Below are positions 35,630 through 45,002 of a stretch of 64,000 nucleotides of DNA, piece by piece. A program made the translations under genes and the position numbers. A model generated the notes under the pieces. It was not told the origin of the DNA. It made no database searches and saw only the letters and a list, made by a program, of their open reading frames with translations. Numbering within the stretch: position 1 is the first letter of the stretch; each line of letters opens with the position of its first letter. The stretch lies in NCBI GenBank assembly GCA_937997485.1, contig CALKTH010000059.1:37569-101568 (forward strand), written 5' to 3'. This DNA is from an uncultured Acidimicrobiales bacterium. Lineage in GTDB: Bacteria > Actinomycetota > Acidimicrobiia > Acidimicrobiales > SZUA-35.

Positions 35630-37648
35630 GTGGGCAGAAGGTTCCATTTGCTCCAGTCGGCACAGCGAGCCGCCGAAATTGTTGGTGTGACCAACAGTGG
35701 CGACTCCGCACTTCCGCGCTGGACCGCGAACGCGCGCGCCGCGACGGCGCTGCGAATCGTTCTCGCCTCGACACCCACGATCCTCGCCTTCATCACCGTT
35801 CTGGTCCTTCTCAGGATGCTCCCCGCCTCCTCGTCCCGAACGACGGCGCTGTTGATGCTCACTCCCATTGCCCTCGCTTCAGCCTTCGTTGGGTGGGCCG
35901 CGGGCAACATCTGCCGGCGCTTGCTTCCTCTGGCGGCGCTCATGAAACTCTCGCTCGTTTTCCCCGATCAGGCACCATCTCGCTTCAAAATGGCCATTCG
36001 TGCCAGCAGTAGTCGCCGTCTCGCAGAAGACGTGCGGGAAGCACAGCGCAACGGTCTGTCGACCGATGTGACGACGGCGTCCGAGCAGGTACTGATGCTG
36101 ACGTCCGCCGTCGGCGAGCACGATCGCCGAACTCGCGGCCACTCGGAGCGAGTGCGCGTGCTCGCTCGCCTCATCGGTGAGGAGATGGGATTCAACGAGA
36201 TCGATCTCGAGAAGCTGCAATGGGCTGCGCTCCTGCACGACATCGGCAAGCTGACCGTCCCGCCCGAGATCCTCAACAAGCCGGGAAAGCTGGATGACAC
36301 CGAGTGGGCCATTCTGCACGATCACCCTGTCGCCGGACGCGAACTGATTGCTCCGGTTGCCGGGTTCCTCGGCCAGTTCGCTGCGGCGGCCGACGGCCAC
36401 CACGAGCGGTGGGACGGTACCGGCTATCCAGCTGGTCTCGCGGGAGCCGCCATTCCGATCGCAGCCCGCATCGTTGCCGTCGCCGATGCCTACGAAGTGA
36501 TGACCGCCACGAGGTCCTACAAAGTGCCGATGAGCGCTGAGGCCGCACGCACCGAGCTCACGAACAGCGCTGGCTCCCACTTCGATCCCGCCGTGGTCCG
36601 AGCTCTTCTCAACGTTTCGATCGGCAAGTTGCGCGTGGCGACCGGACCGATGTCGCTCCTGCTCGGCATCCCCGTGCTGGGGCACGCCTTCGGCATTCTG
36701 GCGCGAGCGGGAGTGACGGTCAGCGGCACATCCGCCACGGTAGCTGGCAGCTTCCAACCGGTTGTGTCCACTGCGGCCGCGGTGAGCGTCGTTGCCGCGT
36801 CTTCGATCGGCATCCCCGACCCTCAGCCAAATCTCGCCTTCCGGGAGGAGGTTGCGGCCTTCGTTGTGGAGTCGACGACCACGACCGAAGCGACCACGAC
36901 GACGAGCACGACCACGAGCGAAGCGCCGACGACAACGACGACTGCGCCGACCACCACCGAGACCGCGCCCCCATCCACCACGGTCGTGACAACAGCGCCG
37001 ACCACCGAGGCACCCACGACGACAACTGCCCTGCCGACCACCACCACGGCACCGCCCACGACTGCTGCACCGACGACAACTGTCCCTCCCACCACCATCG
37101 CCCCGACAACGACCACGGCGCTCCCCATCGCGACTGCACCGACCACGACCGCCCCACCAACCACCGCAGCCCCGACAACGACCGCCCCACCAACCGTGGT
37201 CAACATCGAGAGCGGCAACGCGACCTACGCAGGACCCGTGCCGGCGGGCGCTGACTTCACGGCCACGGGACCGCATCAAGATCTGAACAACGCACTCATC
37301 TTCACCGAAGGCGCGACAACCCTGGCCGACGATCTGGCAGTTGACGGTGCGGTGATCCCAGCCGGAACCAACGTGTGCTCGACGCTCGTCTTCTACAACC
37401 CGGGGCCGATGGTCACGTCTGTCGGCTTCAAGCTCGAGTTCGACGAGGACATCTTGGCCATTGCCTTCTCCGACGCTGGTCTCGTAGCCAGTGACGTTCT
37501 CGGGGCTTCGGGGGCGACGTACAGCGACATGGTGCGGGGAGCCGAGTTCCCAGACTCCATCGTGTTGGACGACGAAGACATCGAAGCGGTCTTGGCGGTC
37601 TCTGGTGGGTCCGACATGTTCCGAGTCATTACCGAGTGTCCTGACTGA
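35630..37648 (+). CDS. Membrane HD-GYP domain protein (c-di-GMP phosphodiesterase type) with Thr/Pro-rich linker and uncharacterised C-terminal domain
   Basis: HSERVRVLARLIGEE...LLHDIGKLTVP...HHERWDGTGYP. TM segments flank the HD-GYP domain. A T/P/A-rich tract is encoded at about 36880..37195. Start is uncertain. Confidence 0.8.
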   Translation: MGRRFHLLQSAQRAAEIVGVTNSGDSALPRWTANARAATALRIVLASTPTILAFITVLVLLRMLPASSSRTTALLMLTPIALASAFVGWAAGNICRRLLPLAALMKLSLVFPDQAPSRFKMAIRASSSRRLAEDVREAQRNGLSTDVTTASEQVLMLTSAVGEHDRRTRGHSERVRVLARLIGEEMGFNEIDLEKLQWAALLHDIGKLTVPPEILNKPGKLDDTEWAILHDHPVAGRELIAPVAGFLGQFAAAADGHHERWDGTGYPAGLAGAAIPIAARIVAVADAYEVMTATRSYKVPMSAEAARTELTNSAGSHFDPAVVRALLNVSIGKLRVATGPMSLLLGIPVLGHAFGILARAGVTVSGTSATVAGSFQPVVSTAAAVSVVAASSIGIPDPQPNLAFREEVAAFVVESTTTTEATTTTSTTTSEAPTTTTTAPTTTETAPPSTTVVTTAPTTEAPTTTTALPTTTTAPPTTAAPTTTVPPTTIAPTTTTALPIATAPTTTAPPTTAAPTTTAPPTVVNIESGNATYAGPVPAGADFTATGPHQDLNNALIFTEGATTLADDLAVDGAVIPAGTNVCSTLVFYNPGPMVTSVGFKLEFDEDILAIAFSDAGLVASDVLGASGATYSDMVRGAEFPDSIVLDDEDIEAVLAVSGGSDMFRVITECPD

Positions 37649-37713
37649 GGGCTGACAGCACAGCCGGGCGAAAGGCCTCCGGTGCTGTGCCCTCCCCTCG
37701 CTACCCTCTGCCC

Positions 37714-38175
37714 ATGGCCGTCAAGATGATCGTCACGAACAAGACGGCTCGCCGGGACTACGACATCACCGAAACCTTCGAAGCAGGCATCATGCTGCGG
37801 GGCTCGGAGGTGAAGTCACTGCGCGAGTCCAAAGTGCAGATTTCTGATGCCTACATTCGATTTGAAGGCAACCAGCTGTGGGTCGTTGGCCTCCACATCT
37901 CCGCGTATTCACGAGCGGGAACCCACGTGAAGCACGACTCCGAGCGCAAGCGGAAGCTTCTCCTGCATCGGTATGAGCTCGACCGGCTGCTCTCCAAGAC
38001 GAACCAAGAGCAGGCGCAGCTGATCCCGATGGCGCTGTACTTCAAGGACAGCCACGTCAAACTGGAATTCGGCTTCGGCAAGGGCCGACGTACCGTCGAC
38101 AAACGACAGATGATCGCCAAGCGAGATGCTGATCGTGAAGCCCGCCGAGAACTCTCGGACCGCCAGCGGCGCTAG
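37714..38175 (+). CDS. smpB: SsrA-binding protein
   Basis: VTNKTARRDYDITETFEAGIMLRGSEVKSLR...LVGLHISAY. I placed the start at the ATG at 37714. Confidence 0.95.
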   Translation: MAVKMIVTNKTARRDYDITETFEAGIMLRGSEVKSLRESKVQISDAYIRFEGNQLWVVGLHISAYSRAGTHVKHDSERKRKLLLHRYELDRLLSKTNQEQAQLIPMALYFKDSHVKLEFGFGKGRRTVDKRQMIAKRDADREARRELSDRQRR

Positions 38176-38286
38176 GCTCTCATTCCCCTCGGAAACCTGC
38201 GCCTCGGCGCCTGACTCCGAAGGGACCGCTATTTGACAGAAGAGACATCAGCATTGCACGCAAGTGCATGACATCTCTTCGACCTC

Positions 38287-38670
38287 GGGGCTGACCGGTT
38301 TCGACGTCGGGACGAGAAGTCGTTTGTGCGACCCGAGTTGCTCAGACTCGTAAAACAGGGCTCAACAAGAAGCGCCAACAAGGCTGACTTCGCTCTCGCT
38401 GCCTGATCTAGTCAGATAGCAAGAGGAACATCGCGAGCCGTGAGGCCACGCGGGGCCTGATCGTCACAGCCCGGCAACAGAAGTGATGGTGGACGGTGGG
38501 AGAGACCACTGCCAGGAGGGAAAGACCCCTGACATCTGGGAAAGACCAGGCGGTATCTCTTCGGAGGCGGTGACCCGGCACCTCGATGGCCGAAAATCGA
38601 GATCACGGGAACGGTCGTAGCGCGAGCGGTGACTCCTCGGCGGACGGGGGTTCGATTCCCCCCAGCTCCA
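38287..38670 (+). ncRNA. ssrA: tmRNA (SsrA)
   Basis: The 5' end GGGGCTGACCGGTTTCGAC pairs with the 3' end CAGCTCC-A, including a G3:U pair. The T arm is GGGGGTTCGATTCCCCC. The tag ORF ends ...GCC AAC AAG GCT GAC TTC GCT CTC GCT GCC TGA (..ANKADFALAA*). It lies immediately downstream of smpB. Confidence 0.9.
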
Positions 38671-38851
38671 CAAAACAAAACAAAACGAAACAACAAGACA
38701 CAACCAACAAGAAGCGTGATGTCTTGAAGCGCGGTGCCTCGGCAAGTGAACGATCCGACGGCGGCGAACGAGAAGGTTTTTCTCGGATTTCTTGGTCGGG
38801 ACCCCCGGATTCGGGGGTTCAGTGTCACACCCCCTGCGTAGTGTTTGACGC

Positions 38852-40279
38852 ATGGGAACACTGGCGGACTTCGAGCAGCGATGGGCGGCGGCCGATGTGG
38901 GCCGCGCCGACATCGCCGAGGTCTGTTCGCTCATGGACGACGCCCGCTCAGCCCAGCGAACGCTGGAAGGCATCGTCACCCGGCTCGGGGTCCGAGCCCA
39001 ACAACTCTCTGACATGGGCGTTGGCAACCCAACCGAAGACACGATGCGCAACCTTGGCGATGTCTCAGCCAAGAAGGCTCGCCAAGACGCCGATCGAGCC
39101 AAGACCGCATCCGAGCTCCCCGGGCTCGGCGAGGCGATGATGGACGGCAGCGTTCGCCCCGAGAACGCTGACGAAGTCAGCCGAGCCCGCCGCCGTCTCC
39201 GCAAACCCAAAGACCAAGCAGCCCTCGCTGCTCTTGATGAGCTCGACGATGAGATCGCAGACAAAGCTGCATCTCTCCCGCCCGAGACTTTCAAGGGCTG
39301 GCTCGACGGCAAAGTCGACGACGTCACCGGGAACAACGAACTCGATGAGCTGGAGCGTCAGCGAAAAGCGTCGTTCCTTCGCACGTGGCGAAAGCGAGAC
39401 GGCTCAGTCGGGTTCCGTGGTGATCTGGATTCCGTCAGAGGAGAAGCGCTTCTCGCGGCTGTGCGCTCGGAAACCAACGCCCTCGCCGCCCGGGAAGACG
39501 AGCACGGTGAGCGTCCTGCCAAAGACGACAACCTCGCCGCCGAGGCTCTCCACCATCTCATCCAACGAGGCAACATCCGTCCCGACCGCAACGGTCACGG
39601 CACCAGTGATCGCTCCAACGCTGACCGCTCCAACACTGATCGCCACAGCAGCGCTGACCGCCACAGCAGCGCTGCGGCCAGCGAACAGGGTGCGGGCTGC
39701 GACGTCGCAGGCGACATCATCGACCTCCGACTGCCGCCCGAACCGCCCACGCCAGCGCCGGGGCCCATGGGAGCACCGCGAGTGTCGATCTCGCTCCTCG
39801 TCGACGCCGACACGGCCGTGTTCGGGCCACACGACAACAGCATCTGCGAGTTCAGTACCGGCGGACCGGTCCCTCCGGCGACGATGCAGCGGTTTCTGTG
39901 CAACAGCATCATCACTCCCCTACTGCGGAGCGTGGACGGGACCAGAGTGGATGCGGGCCGCAGCGTCCGCACGGCAACGCTCGCCCAGGAGAAGGCGCTG
40001 CGAGCGCTGTACCGCACGTGTGCGATCGACGGTGTCACGCCCTTCGATCAGTGCGAGATCCACCACATCAACGTCTTCTGGGAGGACGGGGGTCCATCGG
40101 ACCAGTGGAACATGGCACCGGTGTCCGTTCGCTGGCATCACCTCCTCCACGAAGGCGGCTACACGGCCGTCATGCACGCAGACCGCTCGATCACCATCCA
40201 CCGACCGGACGGCACTCTGTACCAGACGATTCCGAGGCCCACTCTGCTCACGCCGACTCGAAGACCCGTCCCACACTGA
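38852..40279 (+). CDS. DUF222 / HNH endonuclease family protein (REP13E12-type repeat family of actinobacteria)
   Basis: The N-terminal region is DUF222-like. The C-terminal HNH motif is CEIHHINVFWEDGGPSDQWNMAPVSVRWHHLLHEGGY. Internal short tandem duplications encode DRSNADRSNTDRHSSADRHSS. Confidence 0.8.
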   Translation: MGTLADFEQRWAAADVGRADIAEVCSLMDDARSAQRTLEGIVTRLGVRAQQLSDMGVGNPTEDTMRNLGDVSAKKARQDADRAKTASELPGLGEAMMDGSVRPENADEVSRARRRLRKPKDQAALAALDELDDEIADKAASLPPETFKGWLDGKVDDVTGNNELDELERQRKASFLRTWRKRDGSVGFRGDLDSVRGEALLAAVRSETNALAAREDEHGERPAKDDNLAAEALHHLIQRGNIRPDRNGHGTSDRSNADRSNTDRHSSADRHSSAAASEQGAGCDVAGDIIDLRLPPEPPTPAPGPMGAPRVSISLLVDADTAVFGPHDNSICEFSTGGPVPPATMQRFLCNSIITPLLRSVDGTRVDAGRSVRTATLAQEKALRALYRTCAIDGVTPFDQCEIHHINVFWEDGGPSDQWNMAPVSVRWHHLLHEGGYTAVMHADRSITIHRPDGTLYQTIPRPTLLTPTRRPVPH

Positions 40280-40335
40280 CCGGCCCCACGTGGAGACCGT
40301 GCACGCCACCCGGCGTCAGCACGCGCCTTCGGGGC

Positions 40336-41859
40336 CTATGCGGTGGTTTGGGGGAGGGCAAAACCGACGTCGGCACCGCCGTTCGGGCGATTGCGGGCGA
40401 AGACCTCACCTCCGTGGGCTTGGACGACGTGCTCCACGATCGAGAGCCCCAAGCCGGAACCATGCACACCGCGGGCTTCAGGTGAGCGGTGGAAGCGATC
40501 GAAGATCAGATCGATCTCTGCCTCCGGAATGCCTGGCCCGCTATCGCGAACGCTGAGCGTCGTTCGGCCCGCAGTGTCGTCCACGAGGATCTCGATCGGC
40601 TGACGATCGCCACTGAACTTCACGGCGTTGTCGACCAGGTTGAGGATCGCTCGATCGAGGAGCTGTCGGTTGCCGTGAACAACGCCGTGATGTGAGCTGT
40701 TCACCAGTACAGGACGCTGATGACGGCGCTCCATTCGCTCCGAGACTGCCTCGGCTACATCGACCAAGTCGACAAGTTCATCAACCCGCCGCGCGCCTTC
40801 CTCTTCGCCAAGCAAGACAAGTTCGTCGACGAGGTCGGCCAGTTCGTCTACCTCCGACGCGATGGACCGAAGGAGCTGCTGACGATCCTCGTTCGGAAGA
40901 CCTTCGAGTTGCAGAAGTTCGGCGTTCGCCTTGAGCGCCGTGAGTGGCGTACGGAGCTCATGACCGGCATCGTCGATCAGGCGTTTCTGGCGATCGCGGC
41001 TCGCCGTCAGCGCCGCCATCATGCGATTGAAGTTGTCGGTGAGCTTGCCGACTTCGTTGTCCTCGGTGCCGAGGTCAGTGGCCACCGGGCGTTCGGTCTC
41101 CGCCACGAGGGCGGTGGCCGACGTGAGCTCATCGATGGGCCGCGTGAGTCGTCGCGCGAACAGCGCTCCCGCTCCGGCGGAAGCCATCACCGCCAAGGCT
41201 CCGATCACCGACATCTGCATCAGCACTCCGGCGGCCAACGGCCGACGAGCTGAGATGTCGCGCTCCACTTGGATCACCACACCGGTTGCCGTGAGCGTGG
41301 AGACACCGTGCACGTCCGTGCTGTCCGTCTCGAAGATGTCGAAGCGCATCTCGCCGGCCACAAGGTCCTCAGCACTCACCCGATCCAGCAGCGGGTCGCC
41401 GACGGGAGCGAACTCGGTGCCGTCAGGAAAGATCAGCCGAGTGACGCCGTCTGCCTCCCGCACGATCTCGAGCACGTCCTCTGGAAGTGCCTCCAGCAGG
41501 CCCCGCACTGCGCCGGGTGGACCGCCTTCCAGGCCACGGGGTGGAAGTCCTGGTGGTGGTCCTTCCAATCCAGGAGCGGGGAGCCCTGCCGGCGGAGCAT
41601 CGATCGGAGGCCGGCCCTGCCCGTCTGCTCCAGGAAGCCCGTCTGCTCCAGGAAGCCCTTCGCCCCGAACAGGGGGCGGTGCGCCAGCGAACCGCCGTTC
41701 GAGCCGATCCTGCATCAGCCGCACCCGAGCGGTGAGAATGTCGGCCGATTGCTGATCGAACTCTGCGACCACAGCTCGGCGGGCACCAAATGCCCCGAGC
41801 AGCATCGCCACGGCAACGAACGCTGCGGGAAGAATGGTCAGCTTCGTTCGGAGACTCAT
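40336..41859 (-). CDS. Two-component sensor histidine kinase (TM-sensor-HAMP-HisKA-HATPase), paralog 1
   Basis: GHELRTPLTALKANAELL (H-box), NLVDNAVKFS, DSGPGIP and GSGLGLSIV are present. A Pro/Gly-rich extracytoplasmic segment contains a GLPGAD duplication. Confidence 0.9.
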   Translation of the reverse strand: MSLRTKLTILPAAFVAVAMLLGAFGARRAVVAEFDQQSADILTARVRLMQDRLERRFAGAPPPVRGEGLPGADGLPGADGQGRPPIDAPPAGLPAPGLEGPPPGLPPRGLEGGPPGAVRGLLEALPEDVLEIVREADGVTRLIFPDGTEFAPVGDPLLDRVSAEDLVAGEMRFDIFETDSTDVHGVSTLTATGVVIQVERDISARRPLAAGVLMQMSVIGALAVMASAGAGALFARRLTRPIDELTSATALVAETERPVATDLGTEDNEVGKLTDNFNRMMAALTASRDRQKRLIDDAGHELRTPLTALKANAELLQLEGLPNEDRQQLLRSIASEVDELADLVDELVLLGEEEGARRVDELVDLVDVAEAVSERMERRHQRPVLVNSSHHGVVHGNRQLLDRAILNLVDNAVKFSGDRQPIEILVDDTAGRTTLSVRDSGPGIPEAEIDLIFDRFHRSPEARGVHGSGLGLSIVEHVVQAHGGEVFARNRPNGGADVGFALPQTTA

Positions 41860-42542
41860 ATGTCTCCGAGCCGGAACCCGACCCCTCGTTCGGTGTGCAC
41901 GATGCGAGGCTCGCCACCGCCTTCGAGCTTTCGGCGCAGATAGGAAACGTAGACGTCAAGTGACCGCGACGAGTCCGGCAACGAGTCGCCCCAGATCGAC
42001 CGAGTCAACATCTCTCGACTCACGACGTGCCCCGGCGACGCAGCGAGCCGCCACAGAAGATCGAACTCGGTGCGCGTGAGACGCAGAGCACGCTCGCCGA
42101 TCGAGGCTTCACGGCCGGCCTGGTCGAGTCGGATCGGGCCGGCACGGCGTTCCCCCCGTTCGCCTGTTCGTCGCACAAGTGCCGCGCAGCGGGCGAGAAG
42201 CTCCTCCACCGAAAAGGGTTTGACGATGTAGTCGTCAGCGCCGGCATCGAGCCCGACGACCCGGTCGGCGATGTCATCTCTCGCCGTCACCATCAGAATC
42301 GGCAGATCGCTTCGAGCCGCCCGAAGCTCGTGACAAAGGTCGATCCCACTTAGCTTCGGCATCATCACGTCGAGCAGCAACAGATCGGGGATCGCCCGCT
42401 CGACCGCGTTGCGCGCCGCCGCACCATCAGCGACGGATTCCACGACACACTTGGCATAGCGAAGTGCAACTTCAAGGGACTGACGAACGGACGGATCATC
42501 CTCCGCCACCACCACCCGTATGCCGTCCAACGCTGTGCGCAT
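41856..42542 (-). CDS. OmpR-family response regulator
   Basis: The receiver domain reads VVVAEDDPSVRQSL...LLLDVMMPKLSG. The winged helix reads LTRTEFDLLWRL...VYVSYLRRKL. I placed the start at the ATG at 42542. There is a 4-nt overlap with the downstream kinase. Confidence 0.9.
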   Translation of the reverse strand: MRTALDGIRVVVAEDDPSVRQSLEVALRYAKCVVESVADGAAARNAVERAIPDLLLLDVMMPKLSGIDLCHELRAARSDLPILMVTARDDIADRVVGLDAGADDYIVKPFSVEELLARCAALVRRTGERGERRAGPIRLDQAGREASIGERALRLTRTEFDLLWRLAASPGHVVSREMLTRSIWGDSLPDSSRSLDVYVSYLRRKLEGGGEPRIVHTERGVGFRLGDI

Positions 42543-42588
42543 TCGGTCAGTGTGCCCCACGCAACACGTTTGAGAAAGCAACGCTCTC

Positions 42589-43950
42589 TCAGCTCGAGAC
42601 CGGGATGGCGAAGCCCACGACAGCGCCCCCACCCGCGTCATTGCGAGCGAAGACTTCGCCGCCGTGTTGCTCGGCGACGTATTCGACAATAGACAGCCCT
42701 AAACCGCTGCCTTGCACGCTCCTTGCATCGGCCGAGCGGTGGAAGCGCTCGAAGATCAGATCGATCTCATCAGGCGGAATGCCTGGCCCCTGATCCCGAA
42801 CAGAAATTTCGGTTCTTCCATCGCTCGAGACCACAGCGACCTCCACCGGCGCTGATTCATCGCTGAACTTGATGGCGTTGTCCACGAGGTTGGACACGGC
42901 ACGATCCAACAGCTGACGGTTTCCATGGACCACCACGCCCTTACGCCCAGAGCAGCTGATGGAGCGTTGATGTCTTCCCCGCATCCGCTCGGCAACGCTG
43001 AAGACCATGTCATCCAGATCGATGATCTCATCCGTGCGATGTCGGCCTGACTCCTCGCCGAGCAGCGCCAACTCATCGATCAGGCCCGACAGCTCATCCA
43101 CTTCCGACGAGATGGATTGCAACAGCACGTCTCGATCCCCGGGCGGCAGGCCTTCAAGCCGGAGCAAGTCTGCATTCGCCTTCAGTGCGGTCAGTGGCGT
43201 TCGCAGTTCATGGCCGGCATCGTCGATGAGCCTGCGCTGTTGAGCACGACTGGCACGCAGCGACGACACCATCGTGTTGAAGTTGTCGGTCAAGCGACCG
43301 ACTTCACCCCGTTCACCCGTCTCGAGGAGCCCGACCGCATCCGGTTCGGTCACCAAACGCTCGGTTGCCGTGCTGAGCCGCTCGATGGGGCCGGTCAACC
43401 GTCTGGCAAAATACGAACCGAGCGCCGCGGCAGCCACAACCAAGGCAGCACTGACCATCAGCATCAACCTCGTGACTCCGGCCACCACGGGAGCCTGGCG
43501 CGTGTTGTCTCGGGCCACTTGGAGGATCGCTCCAGACTCCAAGCGGCGAGAAACCGCCCGGTACGAGACGCCATCCTCGGTGACGAAGCTCGTCAGTGAT
43601 TCGGCACCTGCAGGCTGACCCTGCAGGCCGGGAGGAGGGGGGATTTGTACATCGCCCGCCGAATCGAAGCGTTCGCCGTTCTCGAGGGTCAGCGATGTCA
43701 CGAAGTCGGGCTGTTGCAGGCCGCCGGCCACCTGCGCCTGTTCGAACAACGAAGGGGCGAGGGCGACAAAGTTGTCCTCGCCAAAGCTCGAGAGCAGGGC
43801 GGAGAGCTGACGAACACGAACCGTGACAGCCGCATCGTCCTGGGAGCGGAACTCGCTCTGGAGGGAGAGACGGGCACCAACCACACCGATCGCCATCGCT
43901 GTCAGCACGAACAACGCAGGAAGAACCGTCAACTTCGTTCGGAGGTTCAT
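42589..43950 (-). CDS. Two-component sensor histidine kinase, paralog 2
   Basis: GHELRTPLTALKANADLL, NLVDNAIKFS, DQGPGIP and GSGLGLSIV are present. The N-terminus parallels paralog 1 (MNLRTKLTVLPALFV vs MSLRTKLTILPAAFV). Confidence 0.9.
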   Translation of the reverse strand: MNLRTKLTVLPALFVLTAMAIGVVGARLSLQSEFRSQDDAAVTVRVRQLSALLSSFGEDNFVALAPSLFEQAQVAGGLQQPDFVTSLTLENGERFDSAGDVQIPPPPGLQGQPAGAESLTSFVTEDGVSYRAVSRRLESGAILQVARDNTRQAPVVAGVTRLMLMVSAALVVAAAALGSYFARRLTGPIERLSTATERLVTEPDAVGLLETGERGEVGRLTDNFNTMVSSLRASRAQQRRLIDDAGHELRTPLTALKANADLLRLEGLPPGDRDVLLQSISSEVDELSGLIDELALLGEESGRHRTDEIIDLDDMVFSVAERMRGRHQRSISCSGRKGVVVHGNRQLLDRAVSNLVDNAIKFSDESAPVEVAVVSSDGRTEISVRDQGPGIPPDEIDLIFERFHRSADARSVQGSGLGLSIVEYVAEQHGGEVFARNDAGGGAVVGFAIPVSS

Positions 43951-44036
43951 CGCTGCGTCACCACCCGCACAGTGTGCCGGACGGAAATCATTCGCTCAAT
44001 GCACCATTCAGGTGAACCGCCGGTCAAGCTCTCTGG

Positions 44037-44984
44037 ATGACTCCCTCACTGCTTCGCCGGGCAGACGATGTGCTCGACGCACTGATCGTTCCGAGTTTCA
44101 CTCGGCTCGGTCCTGCGATCCGCCGTCGCGTCTTCGATTGGCAAGACCCCGAACTCGCCGGACGGACCGTGGCCATCACCGGCCCAACGAGCGGGCTTGG
44201 CAAAGCAACCGCACAACGCCTCGCTCGGGCCAATGCCCACTTGGTCTTGATTGCACGCAACCCGACGAAGCTCGAAACGCTGGCCGAAGAACTCACCGAA
44301 CTTGGTGCGGCGAGTACCCAATCGATCCTCTGCGACCTTTCCGACCTCGCCGCATGTCGCGAAGCGGGCGACGCACTGGGAGCGCTCTCCTCCCTCGATG
44401 CCCTGGTGCACAACGGCGGGGCCCTCCACGGTGAGCGTCAGGTGACCGGCGACGGCATCGAGCTCACGTTCGCCACCCACGTCGTGGCTCCCTTCGTGTT
44501 GACCAGTGGCGCAGTGCCTGCGCTGGCCAAGGGCGACGACCCGCGCATCGTGACGGTCTCCAGTGGCGGCATGTACTCCGCTGGCCTCGACCTCGATGAT
44601 CTGCAGAACGAGCGCGACTATCAGGGAGCGAATGCGTACGCCAAGGCGAAACGGGCCCAGCTCGACCTGACCGGGGAGTGGGCGCTCCGCCTCTCCCCCA
44701 TGGGCATCTCGGTGCACGCCATGCACCCCGGTTGGGCTGCCACACCTGGGGTCACAGAGGCCCTACCCGCATTCGACAAGTTCCTCGGGCCGCTCCTGCG
44801 TTCTCCGGACGAGGGCGCCGACACGATCGTGTGGCTGTGCGGCGTGCCGAGCGATCGGATCGGCACGGACGGTTTCTGGCTCGACCGCCGTCGACGCCCA
44901 GAGGCGTACCGGCCCGGCACTCGTACGAGCTCGGCCGACGTGGCCGAGCTCTGGGAGCGGGTCCAAGCCCTCGCCGCTGGCTAG
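44037..44984 (+). CDS. SDR-family oxidoreductase
   Basis: VAITGPTSGLGKA is the TGxxxGxG motif and YAKAK is the YxxxK motif. Confidence 0.8.
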   Translation: MTPSLLRRADDVLDALIVPSFTRLGPAIRRRVFDWQDPELAGRTVAITGPTSGLGKATAQRLARANAHLVLIARNPTKLETLAEELTELGAASTQSILCDLSDLAACREAGDALGALSSLDALVHNGGALHGERQVTGDGIELTFATHVVAPFVLTSGAVPALAKGDDPRIVTVSSGGMYSAGLDLDDLQNERDYQGANAYAKAKRAQLDLTGEWALRLSPMGISVHAMHPGWAATPGVTEALPAFDKFLGPLLRSPDEGADTIVWLCGVPSDRIGTDGFWLDRRRRPEAYRPGTRTSSADVAELWERVQALAAG

Positions 44985-45002
44985 GCCAACGCCTGGCCCG
45001 GC

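Noticed and set aside
38412-39336. Minus-strand ORFs 38412..38861 and 38464..39336.
   Set aside because: They overlap the tmRNA gene and the 5' part of the DUF222-HNH gene, and have no recognisable motifs.
38671-40300. A genomic island integrated at the tmRNA gene.
   Set aside because: I found no integrase, no recombinase and no downstream direct repeat of the tmRNA 3' end. Only the DUF222-HNH gene and an odd A/C-rich tract are present. It is reported as a low-interest observation only.
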